A stretch of 64,000 nt of DNA, from NCBI GenBank assembly GCA_965215885.1, contig CBDCEW010000092.1:32001-96000 (forward strand), written 5' to 3'. Shown one piece after another: positions 54,650 to 64,000 of this stretch. A model generated the notes under the pieces. The model searched no databases, was not told the DNA's origin, and worked only from the letters and a program-made list of their open reading frames with translations. Numbering within the stretch: the stretch's first letter is position 1; each line of letters begins with the position of its first letter. Source of the DNA: Candidatus Moanibacter sp. (GTDB taxonomy: Bacteria > Verrucomicrobiota > Verrucomicrobiia > Opitutales > UBA2987). The position numbers were made by a program, and so were the translations under genes.

Positions 54650-55200
54650 GAGCCTGGCTGGATTTGTACCTGTTTAGCGTTCCTATGGCTGCCCCGGTCT
54701 TGTGCCGGGGTGGCGCACGGTACACAGCTAAAGTACGCGATTGCCACCTCGCACCCCTCCACCGGTCCTTTCTCGCCTCTGTCCCGGCGCGCCGGGACAG
54801 AGGCGAGAAAGGACCGGTGGAGGGGTTGTTAGAGGCACATGGTTTATAGCAGGGAACGCGCCCCACCCCGGCACAAGACCCATAATTACGAAATTGGGTT
54901 GGAGAACCCAAAGTAAATGTTATTCAGGCACTTGCAAGATTCTATTGATTACATAGTATGCCAGAATGGAGTTTCAACGATTGTTGTGTGTGGGTTCGTT
55001 AGAGGTAGAGAGCTTTTCCTGCAGGTTTGTTTTCAGTTAGAAACTTGTTGAGTATTAATCAGTTACAAAAGCGCTTTGAACGGGGAGTTGATTTCTGGTG
55101 GCAATTGAGTAGAAGCGAAGGGAGCTGGAGAAAGTTGGTATTGGCATTGTATGTAAAATAAAGTTTGCAGTTTTGCCTCCTTTCCATACTGTGCCGGTGC

Positions 55201-55902
55201 ATGCAAGAAGAGCTTTCGCGTAAAGAGAGGGAGGTGGTCGAAGCGGTACGGCGGGATCGGGTAAGCACGGTGTGGAGGCTGATGAAGGAGCAGAGGGTGT
55301 CGCGGCGAACGGTCTATCGGGCTTTGCAAAAATATGGCCATTACTCCAGTTACAATGCCAATTGTGGCTACCTGAGCTTGAAAGACATTCCGCGCTTTGA
55401 CGGGGCCGGTTTGTGGCGTTTTCGCAAGGGGCGCTTTTCGCGCCACGGCACCTTGGAGGAGACCGTGGAGGCGGTGGTGGGAGCTTCGCTTTGCGGCTAC
55501 ACGGTGGCTGAGTTGGAGACCCTCCTTGGGGTACGGGTGCACAACCCCATAAGCGTGCTTTGTAGAAAGAAGCGGTTGAGTCGATACTATGAAGGGCGTC
55601 ACTGCGTGTATGTCTCGGCCGGGGAACAGGGCGGGGCCGAACAGAAAAAGCGGCGGCAAGGGCGAAGAACAGCGGCACAAGTTCAGGCAGGGGACCCCGG
55701 GGGCGCTTTGCAGGCAGCTCCCGAAGGGCTCGAAACGATGGTCGTGATCGCTTTGCTGGTCGCCTGTATCGGCCATCCCGAGGCCGGGGTCAAGGAGCTT
55801 GTCGAGCTTATGCAAGAGCAGGGAGTAGAGCTGAGCGGGGAGCAAATTGAGCGGGTGATGGCGTTTTACTCGCTCAAAAAAAAACCGGACCGATCGCGGT
55901 AG
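55201..55902 (+). CDS. Transposon ORF A, helix-turn-helix protein ending at an A9 slippery site
   Basis: VSRRTVYRAL HTH; ...SLKKK encoded over the A9 run at 55876-55884. Confidence 0.7.
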   Translation: MQEELSRKEREVVEAVRRDRVSTVWRLMKEQRVSRRTVYRALQKYGHYSSYNANCGYLSLKDIPRFDGAGLWRFRKGRFSRHGTLEETVEAVVGASLCGYTVAELETLLGVRVHNPISVLCRKKRLSRYYEGRHCVYVSAGEQGGAEQKKRRQGRRTAAQVQAGDPGGALQAAPEGLETMVVIALLVACIGHPEAGVKELVELMQEQGVELSGEQIERVMAFYSLKKKPDRSR

Positions 55903-55919
55903 CGGAGCTGTTACATGAT

Positions 55920-58005
55920 TTGCGGGCAGAGGCTGAACGGGCCCTGCAAACGGTGGGGGCTGTGCCTGCGCAAACGAGTTATCGCTTCGATGCCCGGGAG
56001 GACGAAGAGGGTCCTTCAGAGGTGCGCAAGACCCTGCGCCGCAAGGTGGTCAGTTTCTCCTATGGATGCTTCCAGGCGGTGGAAGTTGTGCGCGAGCAGG
56101 GGCAAGGGAGCCACCGCAACAGCTACCGTTCTGCTCGCCTGGAACAGATCGTGCCCTCGCATAGTCGCTACGCTTACGATCTGATTGCCTATGTGGGCAA
56201 GCGATGTTTGTGCGAAAGCGCCACCCTCAAAGAGGTGCACAGGGAACTGCGCGAGGGCCCGGGGCAGCTGCAGATTGCTCAAAGCAGCCTCTATGAGATG
56301 CAGCAGAAGTTTCTTTTTTATCTGGGTCGGCTGCACGCCGCGGCCGCTCCGGTGCTTAAAGATTACCTGAGCGCTCGCCCTTGCCTGCGCTGGCTGGTGG
56401 ATGGGACCGTGGAACCGCAGACGCCGGTTTTCTTCGCTGTTCAGGAAGCCGACGAAGGGATCCTTTTGGGCAGCTGGAAAATGCCTTCCGAACAGAGCGA
56501 AACGATCAGTGGCTGTTTTGCCCGGGCGGCCCGGGCTTTTGGCCAACCCCACCATGTCTATCATGATTTAAGCGCTCAGATCAGCAAGGCCTGCGAGAGC
56601 GAAACCTTCCAGGCCCCCCATGGCGTCTGCCATTATCATTTCGCCCGCAATGTGGGCGAACAGCTTTATCGAAAACCCCAGCAGATGCTCAACGGGCGCT
56701 TGCGGCAATTGAAGCTCATGGAGCGCATGCGCGAGCAACGCAAACACATCACCGCAAAGCTCCGTGACGCCCTCCGTGAAAAACACGCCCTCGTCCTGGC
56801 CGATTTGCTCACCGCCAAAGCGCTCGCAGTGCCCTTCGATCCCACCCTTGCACGGGAACTGCTCATGGCCCTGCAATTGTGGATTTTGGATTATCCCTGC
56901 GACGGTCACCGCCAGGGCTTTCCCTTCGATCCTTACCTGCTTTATTGGCATCGGCGGGTCGTGCGCGCCCATGCCGCCCTGGAGCAGTGGCTTGCCCGCG
57001 CTCCTGCCAGTTGCTCTGTTCTGCGAAGCTTCTTTCATCTTTCGACCGGGTTGAAGCAGTATCTGGCTGATGCCCTCGTCATCGAAGCCGCTACTATCTA
57101 TGAAAACGCTTTTTGCATTTTCAGCGCTTTGCGCGATGCCCTTTGGCTCAGCGCCAGCGGCCCCTGCCCTTTAAGCGACCCTTATCTGTTGCAAGCAGGA
57201 CAAGCCGCTGAGCTCACCGAGGCTCTCCAGTTGCTGCGTGCCCAATATCGCCAAAAAGGCGCCTTCCTGACCAACCCCTCGAAAGCCAAACTCTACCGCA
57301 CCGTGGTCACTCATCTGGACAAATACTGGCAGCGGCTGCTTCCCCCACCGGCCCATCCAGACAGCGTACGCACGACCAATGAGCTGGAAGGCACCTGGCG
57401 CACCTCCAAGCGCAAACGCCGTCAAACCCACGCGGCGCAAAAGCGACCCTTATCTGTTGCAAGCAGGACAAGCCGCTGAGCTCACCGAGGCTCTCCAGTT
57501 GCTGCGTGCCCAATATCGCCAAAAAGGCGCCTCCCTGACCAACCCCTCGAAAGCCAAACTCTACCGCACCGTGGTCACTCATCTGGACAAATACTGGCAG
57601 CGGCTGCTTCCCCCACCGGCCCATCCAGACAGCGTACGCACGACCAATGAGCTGGAAGGCACCTGGCGCACCTCCAAGCGCAAACGCCGTCAAACCCACG
57701 GGCGCAAAAATCTGACGCGCGACTTTGAAGCGCTCCCCGAAGAATACATGCTCCTGGCCAACTTACACAATCCCCGCTATGTGGAGCTGGTTTTAGGCAG
57801 TATCGATAATCTGCCCCAAAAGCTTGCCCAGGCTGCACAGAAAGCACCCCCCTTCAGTCACTGGCGGGCGAACAGAAAAACCCTCGCCGTGGGTCGATTG
57901 CCCAAAAAGCTCCTGCGAAAAGAAAACTTCCTTGAGGAACTCTTCGAAGTCTGTAATCGCCAGGATCAATCCTTAAACCCGCAACCCCATCGGATTGCCT
58001 CCTGA
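55920..58005 (+). CDS. Transposon ORF B, DDE transposase with Mutator/IS256-type motifs; split by a 268-bp duplication
   Basis: WLVDGT, YHDLS, CHYH (CxxH), RTTNELE; removing the duplication restores one 1818-nt frame. Confidence 0.75.
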
Positions 58006-58733
58006 CAACGACTCCAGTGCCCTCCCTCTGCTCCCCATTTTCTTCATGCTCTAACCAGAGAACTCCACGCAATTTGCGTGCCAACCGAAATTCAGAACGA
58101 TGGGTCTTGTGCCGGGGTGGTGCGCGTTTCTTGCTACAAACCGGGTGCCTCTACCGACCCCCGCCCGTCCTTTCTCGCCCCAGTCCCGGTCCCGGTCCGC
58201 CGGGACCGGGACTGGGGCGAGAAAGGACGGGCGGGGGTCGTGCGGTGCGAATCGTGTATCGTTGTTGTATACCGCGCACCACCCCGGCACAAGACCGGGG
58301 CAGCCAGCAACCGAAGGCGTGAAACATAGTACCTGCCGTACGGCGGAGTTTGAGCCGACGGGCCGCTGCGGGCTCGACTGACCGTTCAATGTAGATGCGG
58401 GTCTCCGGGCGATGGGCTAACGTTTTTTCAAGGTGTAATCTTGCCTTCAGATATAGTTAGAATTCTGTAAATAAGGATCGATTGGAGATTATGAGAGGAG
58501 AGTGCATATATCACTAACCGAGCGCTTTTATCCAATTGGCATCCGTGGTACTGCGGAGCCATCCGTGGGCATTTATTTTCTTCTCTCATCCGTGCAATCG
58601 GTGTAATCCGTGGTCAAAATCCGAACCCGCAGTGAGAAGTTTCACACCTGTTTGATCCGGCTGCCCGCCGGGGGCCGTACTGACTTGGAAATTCGTTTAC
58701 TCGCATAACAGACGCTCTTAGTTTGGAGCCATC

Positions 58734-59453
58734 ATGATACAAGTCCCTTATCGCATTACTCAAGTATCGGTCGGCGTCATTTCGTGTTTTCTTACGGGAT
58801 TCGGAATTGATCTGGAAGGTGTGTCGCAGCCGGATTCACACAATATGGAGATCGCCGCAATAATCGAGCAGATGCTGAACACTCCGGAGGCCATCCCTTT
58901 GAGGGCCGTGATTAAGAGCGTTTCCGAATTCGATCTTCTCGATTGGGAGGGAGAACAATACGAAGCGCTGGCTGCAGCAGCGCGCGCCGCATTATCCGAG
59001 ATAAACGAAAAGGGTATCCGCGATCGGAGAGTAAACGAAGTGGGCAACGCGGTAGAGGTGTTTGTTCGCAAAGCGTTATCGGCTGAGGGGTTTGCTACGG
59101 GCATACCGGTTACTTCCAGCGGGAGACGGAAGACTACAGGTTATCCGGATCTGGCGGCGGAGAGAGGAGGACAGAAGTTCTATATAGAGGTGAAAATTTA
59201 TAATCCCGAGAACATTAACACCACTCTGCGCAGTTTTTACCTTTCGCCGTCTCGGGATTTCAAGGTCATCCACAGCGCCTATCACCTTCTTATCGCGTTC
59301 GCCATGGAGCCTGACAAATCCGGCGCCTACCGCGCCAAAACAGTAAAGTGGCTCGATCTCTTCGACTTGAATTGCAGATTGAAATATGAGTTTAACGCCA
59401 GCAACCGCGACTTGTATGCGAATGATTCGGGGCTCGTCTTTTTCGCCGAGTAG
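58734..59453 (+). CDS. PD-(D/E)xK nuclease-like hypothetical protein
   Basis: GNAVE..GYPDL..FYIEVK motif spacing. Confidence 0.55.
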   Translation: MIQVPYRITQVSVGVISCFLTGFGIDLEGVSQPDSHNMEIAAIIEQMLNTPEAIPLRAVIKSVSEFDLLDWEGEQYEALAAAARAALSEINEKGIRDRRVNEVGNAVEVFVRKALSAEGFATGIPVTSSGRRKTTGYPDLAAERGGQKFYIEVKIYNPENINTTLRSFYLSPSRDFKVIHSAYHLLIAFAMEPDKSGAYRAKTVKWLDLFDLNCRLKYEFNASNRDLYANDSGLVFFAE

Positions 59454-59456
59454 GAC

Positions 59457-60167
59457 ATGCTCGCGGAAACCGAGACGAAGACTCTTTCAGCAGAATCTTA
59501 TGTTATGAATACACTGAGGCTGTCTAAATGCTTCTTCCTTTATTGCGGTTTTCTATCCCTGCCTGGAGTAGGTTACGGTGGCGCCGTTATTGAGGGTAAA
59601 GTGGAGTTGGGCGACTCTTCCAAACAGCGGCGCTTGCACCGTAGATATTCCGGGAGTAGCGAGAGACCTGCCGCAATATTGACTCCCTCACCGGCGGCAG
59701 TCTATTTGGAAGGGAAGTTCGCACCGGAAGAACTGATTCCTCCGGAGGCTCCCGCGGTTCTCTTGCAAAGAGAGTTGCAGTTCATGCCCCGTGTCCTGCC
59801 GATTCTGGTGGGGACTTCCGTGATTTTTCCGAATGAAGATTCAACCTACCATAATGTTTTTTCTTACTCTTCGACGAAGCGTTTTGATCTCGGGCGCTAT
59901 AAGGGTGTGGACGAGCCTCCGCGGCAGGAGTTCGACAAGCCGGGGATTGTGAAAGTATTCTGCGAGATCCACAATCATATGCGTGGAACCATTCTGGTTC
60001 TGGAGACTCCTTATTTTACTGTGACCGACTCGAGTGGAAATTTCAGATTGGAGAATCTCCCCGTGGGAGAATTTGTGCTCAAGATCTGGCTGGATGATAA
60101 AACGCACTATGAAAGATCGGTCGTCCTTGTCGAAGGCGAGAGTCTGAATGTGAGTTTTGAGGATTAA
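59457..60167 (+). CDS. Exported cupredoxin-like / carboxypeptidase-regulatory-like protein
   Basis: FPNEDSTYHNVFS, VFCEIHNHMRG (His/Cys/His/Met type-1 copper-like ligands). Confidence 0.75.
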   Translation: MLAETETKTLSAESYVMNTLRLSKCFFLYCGFLSLPGVGYGGAVIEGKVELGDSSKQRRLHRRYSGSSERPAAILTPSPAAVYLEGKFAPEELIPPEAPAVLLQRELQFMPRVLPILVGTSVIFPNEDSTYHNVFSYSSTKRFDLGRYKGVDEPPRQEFDKPGIVKVFCEIHNHMRGTILVLETPYFTVTDSSGNFRLENLPVGEFVLKIWLDDKTHYERSVVLVEGESLNVSFED

Positions 60168-60172
60168 TTGAG

Positions 60173-61960
60173 GTGGCTGAAATCAGCGAATCGCGATCAC
60201 TCTTCAGTCTCAGTTTCAGGTCAAAACTGATGATCGCGATGCTGCTGATTGTGGCAGTTATCACTGGTGCGACTTTAGTCGTAACAAAGAATAAGGTTGA
60301 GACAGTCTTCCGGGAATCCCTCAGTGATCAGTTTCAGACGCAGATCGCGATGTTCTATGAGAGGCAAGAGATTGCCTTGGGTTCGATTAAGGAGGAGATC
60401 CTCAACGCTACAGATTCCGTTCGGTTGATTGCGGCTGTGGGAGAGAAGGATGCGGACCGGATTTACGAGGACCTGGACCACGAATTTCGTAATTTGCCAA
60501 TAGCGGACGTATCGGCGGAGGCACCGTTTATTCGTTTCATTGACGACATGGGTGAGGTTCTCAAACCACCCGAAACGGATAAGAGGCTTCCAGCTGGCGT
60601 GAACGAGGGCCTCTTTGATAAGAGAATGAAAGAGTTGGGAGCCCACACTGCCGGTATTTTCGACAGCAAGGTGGGGTATTTCACCTTGGACACGATTGAC
60701 GGGACGGTCAGGCTCTACCAAGTCGTCCTTTCACCATTCGTCGATCCTGCAGAGGGAGAGATTCTCGGAACTCTCGTGATCGGTTTTCCGGTATCGCCAG
60801 AGAGTGAAATTGCTGGAAAGGAGAGTCGAAGCATCAAGAGCTGCTTGATCGTAGGCGATTTTCTCCACTCGAAGAGCATTTCAGCGCGGTATGCGGACGA
60901 ATTGATGACGCTCTCTCGAAACCACGGATCTATTTCGAGGTCCGATCCTCCGCAGATTGAGATCGATTCGGTGCCGCATCTGGTGTTCAGCAACCGCCTG
61001 GATACCGGGGCGGGGTTCCCACCGGTGGAGCATGTCAGTCTTTTTTCTCTGGCTGAATCGTTTGCTCTTCTCGATCAGATCGAAAGAACGGTCATCCTGC
61101 TGGGCGCCGCCGCTTTTATCGTCGCCCTGGGGCTGAGTCTCTCCGTCTCACACGGTATGACAAAGCCGATCCTCGCTTTAGTGCGAGGCACAGAAGAGAT
61201 ACAGAGGGGAAATTTCGATCACCGAATTGGAATAAAGTCGAAGGACGAGATTGGTTTATTGACCCGCTCCTTCAATGAAATGAGCGCCGAACTCGCCCTC
61301 AAGGAGAGATACCGCAGTGTGCTGGACAAGGTTACTGATAAGGATGTGGCCGAACAGTTGGTTAAAGGTTCAGTGGAACTGGGTGGAGAGTTGCGCGACA
61401 TCACGGTTCTCTTCTGCGATATACGCGGATTCACACCGCTCACCGAAGGAATGCCGCCGGCGGAGGTCATCAATATGCTCAATGAACACATGACGGTAAT
61501 AACGAAGGTGGTCCATACGAACCGCGGCGTCGTCGACAAGTTCGTCGGTGATGAAATCATGGTCATTTTCGGAGCTCCTCGCTCATACGGGGATGACACC
61601 CTGAACGCGGCAAAATGTGCCCTCGACATGGTGGCGGAACGAGAGAAATTGAATGATGGAGGGCAGTATCAGATAAAGATTGGCCTCGGTCTGGCGTCAG
61701 GCGAAATGGTGGCGGGGAATATGGGCTCGGTGGACCGTCTCAATTATACAGTGTTGGGAGAACAGGTAAATCTGGCATCCAGGCTTTGCGGCACGGCCGG
61801 ACCAATGGAGATAATGATCGATTCTGTCATGGAAGAGAGGTTGCGTGGAATCGCGGAAGTTGAATTGCAGAGTGATCTTCAGCTGAAAGGGTTTAAAAGC
61901 AAGGTAACCGCGTATTCGCTTATAAGCGTCTCGCCGGAAGAGGTCCATTCCAGGGTTTGA
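60173..61960 (+). CDS. Membrane HAMP-domain class III adenylate/guanylate cyclase
   Basis: Two TM segments, HAMP (DEIGLLTRSFNEM), VLFCDIRGFT, DKFVGDE, YTVLGEQVNLASRL. Confidence 0.92.
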   Translation: MAEISESRSLFSLSFRSKLMIAMLLIVAVITGATLVVTKNKVETVFRESLSDQFQTQIAMFYERQEIALGSIKEEILNATDSVRLIAAVGEKDADRIYEDLDHEFRNLPIADVSAEAPFIRFIDDMGEVLKPPETDKRLPAGVNEGLFDKRMKELGAHTAGIFDSKVGYFTLDTIDGTVRLYQVVLSPFVDPAEGEILGTLVIGFPVSPESEIAGKESRSIKSCLIVGDFLHSKSISARYADELMTLSRNHGSISRSDPPQIEIDSVPHLVFSNRLDTGAGFPPVEHVSLFSLAESFALLDQIERTVILLGAAAFIVALGLSLSVSHGMTKPILALVRGTEEIQRGNFDHRIGIKSKDEIGLLTRSFNEMSAELALKERYRSVLDKVTDKDVAEQLVKGSVELGGELRDITVLFCDIRGFTPLTEGMPPAEVINMLNEHMTVITKVVHTNRGVVDKFVGDEIMVIFGAPRSYGDDTLNAAKCALDMVAEREKLNDGGQYQIKIGLGLASGEMVAGNMGSVDRLNYTVLGEQVNLASRLCGTAGPMEIMIDSVMEERLRGIAEVELQSDLQLKGFKSKVTAYSLISVSPEEVHSRV

Positions 61961-63180
61961 GAGCCGGTTTAACACTCTGTGTCTGCGTCTTAACATGGGC
62001 GTTGCCACTTCCTTCAGCGGCTATCGGAGATTGTCTTGACCGTCTCTCGGATTCTCTCGTTTTCGTCTCCCCGAAGGGGGGCTTTCAGGCGCAGTTCAGT
62101 GGGTTGGCCGATTTCGAAGTTTACCTCATCGACCAGAATCCGCCCGGATTGATCTTCTCCGGCGATGATGTCTTCTTCAATCCGCGGCTGACCCTGTTTT
62201 TGGATACCTTTGCTGGTGATGACCTCTATGGTTTTGCCAAATTCCGGTTCGATCGGGGATTTGACCCCGGATATATGGAGGAGGGAGACGCTCGGGCCGA
62301 TGAATATTTCCTCCGATATTCCCCAGGCAGCGGATTACTGAATATTCAGGTGGGAAGATTCGCCACCATATTTGGAAACTGGGCGGGTCGCCACGACTCC
62401 TGGGAGAATCCCTTTATTAACGCGCCGCTGCCATATGAGAACGTAACGGTTATTCTCGATCATGGAGTTTTGCCGGGCCCTGGAGTTTTTCTCTCTCTCC
62501 GCAACAGACCGGACGTAAAGAAAAACTGGGTGCCGATTATCTGGGGGCCCGTGTATACTGCCGGAGTCTCCGTATCCGGAAAGTTCGAGCAGTTGAACTA
62601 TGCCTTCTCGGTAAAGAATGCCGCACTCTCTTCGCGACCCAATGATTGGGAGGATTTCCGATGGAACAACCCCACCTTTACCGGTCGCATCGGCTTTGAG
62701 CCTGACGAGAGCTTGTCGTTCGGCGTCTCCGCAAGCTATGGCAGTTATTTGCAGGAGGAGGTTGAGGCTTCTTTGCCTGCCGACAGAGAGGTTGAGGACT
62801 TTAAACAGTTTACAATCGGTGGAGATCTATCCTGGGCGAGGGGGCGCTTGCAGGTTTGGGCGGAGCTGATTCACAGCCGATTTGATGTGCCGAATGTCGA
62901 GACCGTCGGCACCACGGCCTATTATGTGGAGGGCAAATATAAACTGACCACCCATCTGTTTGCCGCCCTGCGATGGGGACAGCAGTACTTTGATAAGATC
63001 GGGGATGGCAACGGGGGTTCTCAGCGCTGGGATCGCGGGATTGCGAAAATCGAGCTCTCTTTGGGATACCGGTTAAACCGGCACATCCAACTGAAATTCC
63101 AGTATGGATTCGCTGAACAGAATGGAGCCCTTGAACAAGGCCGGCATTCTGTCGCCAGTCAACTTACCCTGAAATTCTAG
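61957..63180 (+). CDS. Putative outer-membrane beta-barrel/porin
   Basis: Signal peptide, alternating aromatic beta-strands, C-terminal LKF; overlaps the cyclase stop. Confidence 0.7.
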   Translation: MRAGLTLCVCVLTWALPLPSAAIGDCLDRLSDSLVFVSPKGGFQAQFSGLADFEVYLIDQNPPGLIFSGDDVFFNPRLTLFLDTFAGDDLYGFAKFRFDRGFDPGYMEEGDARADEYFLRYSPGSGLLNIQVGRFATIFGNWAGRHDSWENPFINAPLPYENVTVILDHGVLPGPGVFLSLRNRPDVKKNWVPIIWGPVYTAGVSVSGKFEQLNYAFSVKNAALSSRPNDWEDFRWNNPTFTGRIGFEPDESLSFGVSASYGSYLQEEVEASLPADREVEDFKQFTIGGDLSWARGRLQVWAELIHSRFDVPNVETVGTTAYYVEGKYKLTTHLFAALRWGQQYFDKIGDGNGGSQRWDRGIAKIELSLGYRLNRHIQLKFQYGFAEQNGALEQGRHSVASQLTLKF

Positions 63181-63201
63181 GGCTGCGAAGCAGCCCATTA
63201 T

Positions 63202-64000
63202 ATGCCTGAACTGGGTGAAGTCGAGTATTACCGAAAGGTCTGGGATCCGGGCATCGGACAGCGAGTAAAAGAGGTCTTGGTTCATTCCCGCGCACGGCCG
63301 TTTAGGAATTGCCGGGTCAAGGAACTTAAAGAGCGACTCGTCGGGGCGATCTATCGCTCATCTCAGGCACATGGTAAGCGACTCCTCTTCCGTTTCTCAG
63401 GAAATGTTTGGCTCGGGCTGCATCTGGGGATGAGTGGAAAGCTGGCAATCGGCGCCCCCGAATTGGTGCCCGAGAGGCATGAACATCTCGTTCTCGTGCA
63501 ATCGAGGCAGGCGCTCGTCTTCACAGACTACCGTCAGTTTGGAGAGGTGCGCTTTCACATCGGAAAAAGCGCTCCTCATTGGTGGCGAGACCTTCCGCCT
63601 TCCCTCCTTAGTGATGAATTCGACAGGGATTCGCTCAGAAGATTCCTGAAGCGTCATGCACGGGCGCCGCTCAAGGCGGTTCTTCTTCTGCAGGAGCGTT
63701 TTCCCGGAATCGGCAATTGGATGGCCGATGAGATCCTGTGGCGGGCGCGAATCTATCCAGGTTGTCCCGCCGGAAGGATCGAAAGGCTGAAGCTGTCACA
63801 TCTCTACAGGAGCGTCAGGGAGGTTGCGGGTGATGCATTGAAAGTGATCGGTAATGATTGGGGCGACCCGCCCGATACCTGGCTCTTTAATCATCGATGG
63901 AAGGATGGGGGGAATTGCCCAAAATCCGGAAAGCCACTCGTGCGGGAGAAAATTGGCGGGAGGACAACCTGCTGGAGCCCCACCTGGCAGAAGTGGGCTA
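63202..64000 (+). CDS. mutM: Fpg/Nei-family DNA glycosylase, 3'-partial (absent from the ORF track)
   Basis: Translated by hand: MPELGEVE, HGKRL, HLGMSG, DYRQFG, LKAVLLLQERFPGIGNWMADEIL, GGRTTCWSP. Confidence 0.88.
   Translation, partial: MPELGEVEYYRKVWDPGIGQRVKEVLVHSRARPFRNCRVKELKERLVGAIYRSSQAHGKRLLFRFSGNVWLGLHLGMSGKLAIGAPELVPERHEHLVLVQSRQALVFTDYRQFGEVRFHIGKSAPHWWRDLPPSLLSDEFDRDSLRRFLKRHARAPLKAVLLLQERFPGIGNWMADEILWRARIYPGCPAGRIERLKLSHLYRSVREVAGDALKVIGNDWGDPPDTWLFNHRWKDGGNCPKSGKPLVREKIGGRTTCWSPTWQKWA

Larger units (their letters stand above)
54666..58332 (+). mobile_element. ~3.7-kb transposon with ~240-bp self-palindromic terminal inverted repeats
   Basis: 54666-54902 aligns with the reverse complement of 58081-58332; two internal ORFs; exact outer limits uncertain. 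Confidence 0.85.

Noticed and set aside
58017..58389. Short ORFs at 54627-54956 and 58017-58389
   Set aside because: They are translations of the GC-rich terminal palindromes

Overview
Bacterial chromosomal window, probably Verrucomicrobiota/Opitutales (inference from PEP-CTERM, CSLREA/DNRLRE secreted proteins and the intergenic repeat style). Housekeeping genes (comEC, thiD, rarA, lpdA, TonB receptor, phnCDE-like ABC transporter, tRNA-Arg(CCG), glgC, rpmB, tsaD, Fpg-family glycosylase) are interleaved with many mobile elements. These are two large unclassified transposons with structured ends (6704-9335; 54666-58332), an IS481 stub, an IS4 (11-bp TSD), an ISL3 (8-bp TSD) splitting a histidine kinase, a decayed IS splitting a ~1857-aa secreted protease-like gene, and a full-length group II intron. 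An accessory region starts at the tRNA 3' end. Most striking: (i) a Mutator/IS256-like transposon whose ~240-bp terminal inverted repeats are each giant nested hairpins with compensatory changes; (ii) a ~101-bp tandem hairpin array; (iii) 16-40-nt micro-insertions seen as presence/absence differences between repeat copies; (iv) a candidate ADP-ribosyltransferase toxin-antitoxin pair. Several frameshifts and exact tandem duplications look like assembly/consensus errors, so pseudogene calls are tentative. Everything was read by eye; no database searches were run.
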